Source: a virus (lineage: Duplodnaviria > Caudoviricetes). Taken from it: a stretch of 64,000 bases of DNA. The notes below the pieces were generated by a model. The model saw only the letters and a list, made by a program, of their open reading frames with translations. It made no database searches and had not been told where the DNA came from. Location of the stretch: positions 160,001 through 224,000 of IMG/VR virus record IMGVR_UViG_3300042892_002922; one strand, 5' to 3'. Each line of letters starts with the position of its first letter. Position 1 is the stretch's first letter. This document shows positions 59,578 through 64,000 of this stretch, piece by piece. A program made the position numbers and the translations under genes.

Positions 59578-60761
59578 TGACAGAAACATTTTGCCCACTA
59601 CCATTTATTCATTTTAACGCATATCCAGACAAACAAATTAAACCTTGTTGCTACTCGCAATCATTTTTTGAAAATACCACATTAAAAAATCAAGATATTG
59701 TTACCGCTTTTAATTCTGAAGAATACCAGAAACTACGAAATGATTTACTAAATGGCGTTGAACACAAGTTCTGTGATGTTTGTTGGAAAACAGAAAAAAA
59801 TGGTGGAGAAAGCCAAAGAATTAAATGGTCAAAATTTTATGAAGATAAAAAAGAAGATATTATTGAAAGAACACAAGAAGATGGATATTACCAACCCGAC
59901 TTTGTTTCGTTAGATTTAAGACCTTCAAATATATGTAATTTCAAGTGCAGAACTTGTACCCCAGATTTTTCAACAACTTGGATTGATGAGAGAACAAAAT
60001 TTAGGGAAATTATGGGTAACGATGTTATAGATTATAAAACACAAGTTACATCATTTGATATTCCGCAAGAAAACATCAATAATCTAGAGAAAATCTATTT
60101 TGCTGGTGGTGAACCTTTATATATGGATGATATGTATAAGTTTATTGACAAGATTAAAAATAAAGAAAAGGTTGAATTATACTTTAACACGAATTTCAGT
60201 ATAATAAAACATAAAAATAAATCTGTTTTTGATTTATTTAAAGATTTCAAAAAAGTACATATTGGAATATCCTGCGATGGATACGGACCTATTGGTGAAT
60301 ATGTTAGAACCAATTTTAAATGGGAAACATTTAAAGAGAATGTGTATAAATTGGGTAATGCAATAAACAACGGCGCCAATTTTTCATATGGTTTTCAATA
60401 TACATCATCAATACTTAATTGTTTTCATTTTTTTGACTTCAGAGATATGTTATATGATATAAAATTCATATCAAATGATGGGCAATTACAATTTGGTGTT
60501 GCTGAGTATCCATTTTGGTTGAATCCAGCACATTTTGATTTAAAAGATGAGGTTATCACATATTTTGAGGGTAAAATAGATACGATACAAAATGATTCAC
60601 TGCGCACCGAGTTGAACAATTATATAATTTACTTGAAAACCTTCAATGACCCTCATTTTTATGCCTTGAATTATTTAAAAAATTTCATTAAATTAGGTGA
60701 TGAGACCAATAACACGGTTTTACCAGAAGAATTAACATATCTAAAAAAATATCTTATATGA
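59577..60761 (+). CDS. Radical SAM protein with N-terminal SPASM/twitch-like Cys cluster
   Basis: CPLPF...PCC...CDVCW; CNFKCRTC; FAGGEPL; NTNF. Confidence 0.88.
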   Translation: MTETFCPLPFIHFNAYPDKQIKPCCYSQSFFENTTLKNQDIVTAFNSEEYQKLRNDLLNGVEHKFCDVCWKTEKNGGESQRIKWSKFYEDKKEDIIERTQEDGYYQPDFVSLDLRPSNICNFKCRTCTPDFSTTWIDERTKFREIMGNDVIDYKTQVTSFDIPQENINNLEKIYFAGGEPLYMDDMYKFIDKIKNKEKVELYFNTNFSIIKHKNKSVFDLFKDFKKVHIGISCDGYGPIGEYVRTNFKWETFKENVYKLGNAINNGANFSYGFQYTSSILNCFHFFDFRDMLYDIKFISNDGQLQFGVAEYPFWLNPAHFDLKDEVITYFEGKIDTIQNDSLRTELNNYIIYLKTFNDPHFYALNYLKNFIKLGDETNNTVLPEELTYLKKYLI

Positions 60762-61279
60762 CCTACAAAGACGAATTAACTAGAGCCATGACATATATTG
60801 GAGAACAAGAAAACAGTGTCTTCATGGGGCAATCTGTGGCTTTCCCTGGTACATCATTATACAGTACATTAACAAATGTATCTAAAGAAAAATTAATCGA
60901 ATTTCCAGTACTAGAAGAAACACAAACAGGGGTTGCGTTAGGTATGAGTTTAACCGATAAATGTGTAGTGTCAATTTACCCAAGATGGGACTTTTTAATA
61001 TTGGCAACTAATCAATTAGTAAACCACATAGATAAGTTTGAATTGATGACAGGACACGCACCACACGTAATCATTAGAGTTGGTGTTGGTAGCACAAACC
61101 CATTGGACCCAGGACATCAACATAAAGCAGATTATACCGAAGCATTTAAATTATTAATGCAACAAGTAGAGGTTGTAAATTTAACTGAAGCAAATCAAGT
61201 TTTTGATACGTATAAAAGGGCGTACGATAATAAAAAACCAATAATCATTTGTGAATACCCCGACCTATACAATGCATAG
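60758..61279 (+). CDS. ThDP-dependent dehydrogenase E1 beta/transketolase pyrimidine-binding subunit (no C-terminal domain)
   Basis: FMGQSV, EFPVLEETQTGVALGMS, DFLILATNQL, GHQH; 173 aa. Confidence 0.85.
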   Translation: MTYKDELTRAMTYIGEQENSVFMGQSVAFPGTSLYSTLTNVSKEKLIEFPVLEETQTGVALGMSLTDKCVVSIYPRWDFLILATNQLVNHIDKFELMTGHAPHVIIRVGVGSTNPLDPGHQHKADYTEAFKLLMQQVEVVNLTEANQVFDTYKRAYDNKKPIIICEYPDLYNA

Positions 61280-62633
61280 ACCAACTTTTGGATACGATAT
61301 TATAACACCCAGAGGTGAATTACCTAATGGACTTGATCCTGCTAGGTTTAAATTCATCTATGACCAAGTTAAATGGAATTTTAGGGAGATATTATATTTT
61401 AATAGTTTAGACACTAATCCAGTTTATTTAGCTGGGCACTTTGACCACAAAATAATTAAAAAAAGTGTTTATGAAATCCACAAAAATAGACAACAAGGTA
61501 TAAACGAAGTATGGTATTATACAATAGAACCATTTGGTAATTTCAGAGGATTTTTGGGTCTGTTAAATGGTAAAGTGGATGATGAATTCACTATACATAT
61601 GTCAGATATTGCAAAACACGAAATAATCTCAGGGAACGGTCGTTTATTGATCAATTACACTATTGATGGGGGTATCGATGTTAATAGAAACACAATAACT
61701 AAATTGTTTGAACTTTTAAAAGCAACAAACATCCCATTTCGTAAGATTTACTTTCTTATGAATGATATTAATTTTAAAGGTAATCTTGAAAAAATTAGTG
61801 GGATTCAAAATTTAAATGTGTTTCATTTTAATTTAGCGTTGATGCAAAAGTCAAATGAAATATATAATACATTATTACATGAAGGTCGTTATTTCTTTTG
61901 GAAAAATAATACTTCATTTGTTTCCAAAGTTACACGTATTGAAGATTTCGAATTAAATTTAACCAAAAAGGATAAGAAATTTTTGATGTTAAATCGTAAC
62001 TGGAAGATGCATAGATTGGAGTTAATTAAAACACTCAGGGATAACGGTTTATTGGAAGATTCATTGGTATCGTGGGATAAGAATATGGTTAGCCACAGCG
62101 AAGCAAGAGCATTTATTGAAAAATATGACGATACCGAGTTAATGGAAATCATGAAGAACGAATCATCGATTTTAGATTATCCAGATATCGCAAATGTTCA
62201 TGGTTATGGTTTTGAAACAAAAGAAATATACTTACAAAGTTTTTTTCATATTGTTGGTGAAACTATTTATTATCAAGATGACACACCATCTGGATACGTT
62301 TCAGAAAAACCGTTTAAACCAATGGCACACTTTCAACCATTTATATTTGCGGGACCGGCCGGTGTTATTAAACATTTGAATGAATTAGGTTTTAAATCTT
62401 TTCATCCATATATTGATGAAACATATGATTCGATTACGGATGATAATGAGAGAATGAAAGCAATTAGTAACGAAGTCATTCGTCTAGGTAAACTAACTAA
62501 AGATGAGATGATTGATATTACGATGAAATTAAAAAGTGTTTTATACCACAACTATAGGATGCTATTTAATATTGGGTCACCAAAGCTCCAAGACGATAAT
62601 AGAAATAACGTAATTGAATTTTTAAATAAGTAA
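61272..62633 (+). CDS. Putative glycosyltransferase, remote GT10-like (paralog of 54494)
   Basis: YLQSFFHIVGET...GYVSEKPFKPM...QPFIFAG; ATG at 61272. Confidence 0.45.
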   Translation: MHRPTFGYDIITPRGELPNGLDPARFKFIYDQVKWNFREILYFNSLDTNPVYLAGHFDHKIIKKSVYEIHKNRQQGINEVWYYTIEPFGNFRGFLGLLNGKVDDEFTIHMSDIAKHEIISGNGRLLINYTIDGGIDVNRNTITKLFELLKATNIPFRKIYFLMNDINFKGNLEKISGIQNLNVFHFNLALMQKSNEIYNTLLHEGRYFFWKNNTSFVSKVTRIEDFELNLTKKDKKFLMLNRNWKMHRLELIKTLRDNGLLEDSLVSWDKNMVSHSEARAFIEKYDDTELMEIMKNESSILDYPDIANVHGYGFETKEIYLQSFFHIVGETIYYQDDTPSGYVSEKPFKPMAHFQPFIFAGPAGVIKHLNELGFKSFHPYIDETYDSITDDNERMKAISNEVIRLGKLTKDEMIDITMKLKSVLYHNYRMLFNIGSPKLQDDNRNNVIEFLNK

Positions 62634-64000
62634 TGAGTTATATAATTGGGATATCGGCATACTATCACGATTCTTCAGCTTGTTTGTTGAAGGATGGCGA
62701 ATTGTTGTTTGCATGTGAAGAAGAAAAATTCACAGGTATAAAACATGATAGTTCATTCCCAAATAAAACCATTGAATACATCTTTAAAAAGTATAATTTA
62801 ACTAAAAAAGATATTGAGGCGGTATGTTATTATGAAGATTTAGATTTAAAAGTACAAAGAGTTATTAATAATTCAAAAAAAGTTTTCCTTAAGACACCAA
62901 TATATTCTATTAAGAGTGTATATAATGTTTTAAAGAACAAAAAAGATGTTAAGAAGAATTTAGCAAAAATATCTGATAAAGTTTTCTACTCTAAACATCA
63001 CGACTCACATACATACTATTCATTTTATACATCACCATTTAATGACGCTGTTGTTTTATCGGTTGATGGTGTTGGTGAAAGTGAAACAATACAAATTGCC
63101 ACAATCTATAATAATAAGTTATATCAAATACCACACACAGAATACCCAAACTCATTAGGGTTATTTTATTCTGCTATGACATCTTTCTTAGGGTTTAAAC
63201 CCAATGAAGGTGAATATAAAGTAATGGGTTTGGCATCTTATGGAAACCCTAAAAAATATAGACAAAAAATAGATTCATTAATTTCATACAAACAAGGGTT
63301 TTTAACTTGCAATATGGATTGTTTTGTTTGGGATAGAAGTGACAAGGTTATGTTCAACCATAATCTATCAAAAAAATTAGGGATTGAAAATAGATTACCA
63401 GATGAAAAACTAACAGTACAACATCACGATTTAGCGGCCGCGGTTCAAGAAACCTACGAGGTTATTTTAAGTAAAATACTAGAAGAGATATCAATATTAA
63501 CTAACACTAGAAATTTATGTCTTAGCGGTGGCTGTGCTTACAACGGATCAGCAAATGGAAAGTTAACAAATAACGGTTGGTTTAAAAATTTATGGATACC
63601 TCCAGCACCATCTGATGCAGGATCGGCTATTGGTGCGTGTTTAAATTATCTGGACACTAATAATAAACTAACAAAAAAGATTGACACAACACCGTTCTTA
63701 GGCCCAGAATACACTAATGAGGAATACTTGTCGGTTATCGATGAAGAAATAGTGAGATACAGTGAAATAAGTAGAGAAAAACTATTAAAATTAATTTCTA
63801 CCGAATTATATAATGGCAAAGTTGTTGGATGGTTCCAAGGTAAAATTGAATTTGGTTCTAGAGCATTGGGTAACAGGTCGATACTAGCAAATCCAATGAT
63901 AATTGGTATGCAAAAGAAGATTAATCGTGTTATAAAGAAGCGAGAACTTTTTAGACCATTTGCACCTATGGTGACAAAAGAAAATCAAACAAAATATTTT
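62633..64000 (+). CDS. Carbamoyltransferase (NodU/CmcH family), 3' truncated by window edge; missed by ORF track
   Basis: YHDSSACL, KHD, HHDSH, SVDGVGE, SLGLFYS, GEYKVMGLA, GGCAYN, PSDAGSAIG, EFGSRALGNRSIL, KRELFRPFAP. Confidence 0.92.
   Translation, partial: MSYIIGISAYYHDSSACLLKDGELLFACEEEKFTGIKHDSSFPNKTIEYIFKKYNLTKKDIEAVCYYEDLDLKVQRVINNSKKVFLKTPIYSIKSVYNVLKNKKDVKKNLAKISDKVFYSKHHDSHTYYSFYTSPFNDAVVLSVDGVGESETIQIATIYNNKLYQIPHTEYPNSLGLFYSAMTSFLGFKPNEGEYKVMGLASYGNPKKYRQKIDSLISYKQGFLTCNMDCFVWDRSDKVMFNHNLSKKLGIENRLPDEKLTVQHHDLAAAVQETYEVILSKILEEISILTNTRNLCLSGGCAYNGSANGKLTNNGWFKNLWIPPAPSDAGSAIGACLNYLDTNNKLTKKIDTTPFLGPEYTNEEYLSVIDEEIVRYSEISREKLLKLISTELYNGKVVGWFQGKIEFGSRALGNRSILANPMIIGMQKKINRVIKKRELFRPFAPMVTKENQTKYF

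Noticed and set aside
53893-61279. Pyruvate dehydrogenase auxiliary metabolic genes
   Set aside because: Subunits are truncated, separated, lack E2/E3 in the window and are embedded among sugar-modifying genes; a sugar carboligase role fits better, though it is untested
1-64000. CRISPR array
   Set aside because: All tandem repeats are in-frame coding repeats or short microsatellites; no repeat-spacer structure. The PD-(D/E)XK nuclease at 9684 sits in a replication operon, so it is not called Cas4
1-64000. Stop-codon reassignment
   Set aside because: Conserved enzymes (SbcC, ClpP, sigma, radical SAM, SDR) are full length under code 11 and genes tile tightly
1-64000. Eukaryotic giant virus or bacterial chromosome origin
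   Set aside because: Sigma-70, NusG, peptidoglycan amidase, intrinsic terminators and tail-fibre motifs indicate a bacteriophage; no ribosomal or core housekeeping operons

Overview
AT-rich, gene-dense, almost single-stranded (+) 64-kb segment of a very large tailed bacteriophage (jumbo/huge phage). A Bacteroidota host is inferred from TAnnTT(A/T)G-type promoters, the lack of Shine-Dalgarno leaders, a DUF6576-like C-terminus, an Hc1-like protein and D-(S/T)-X sequons. There are four blocks. (1) 1-8 kb: Thr/Pro mucin-like, Cys-containing virion surface proteins and a tail-collar-like protein. (2) 8-31.8 kb: replication/recombination genes (RuvC-like, primase, PD-(D/E)XK nuclease, SbcCD/Mre11-Rad50, DEDDh exonuclease), ClpP, sigma-70, amidase, probable internal head proteins, Hc1-like protein, NusG, AAA ATPase, thioredoxin, glutaredoxin. 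(3) 31.9-46.4 kb: tail fibre/adhesin genes, including a 1064-aa protein with two Gly-Ser/Thr triplet blocks, three C1q-like and three LamG-like proteins. (4) 46.4-64 kb: a dense glycan synthesis/tailoring island (GT2-like, two GT7 with inserted lectin domains, two GT10-like paralogs, a tandem GDP-sugar SDR, split ThDP E1alpha/E1beta, two radical SAM enzymes, methyltransferase, 2OG oxygenase, carbamoyltransferase). Best candidate for an undescribed system: phage-encoded synthesis of a branched-chain sugar glycan that may decorate the phage's own Ser/Thr-rich fibres. Non-coding signals include a candidate ~75-nt sRNA, a TATTTAT late-promoter-like motif and a twin-hairpin leader. All family assignments come from motif recognition by eye; no database search was run.
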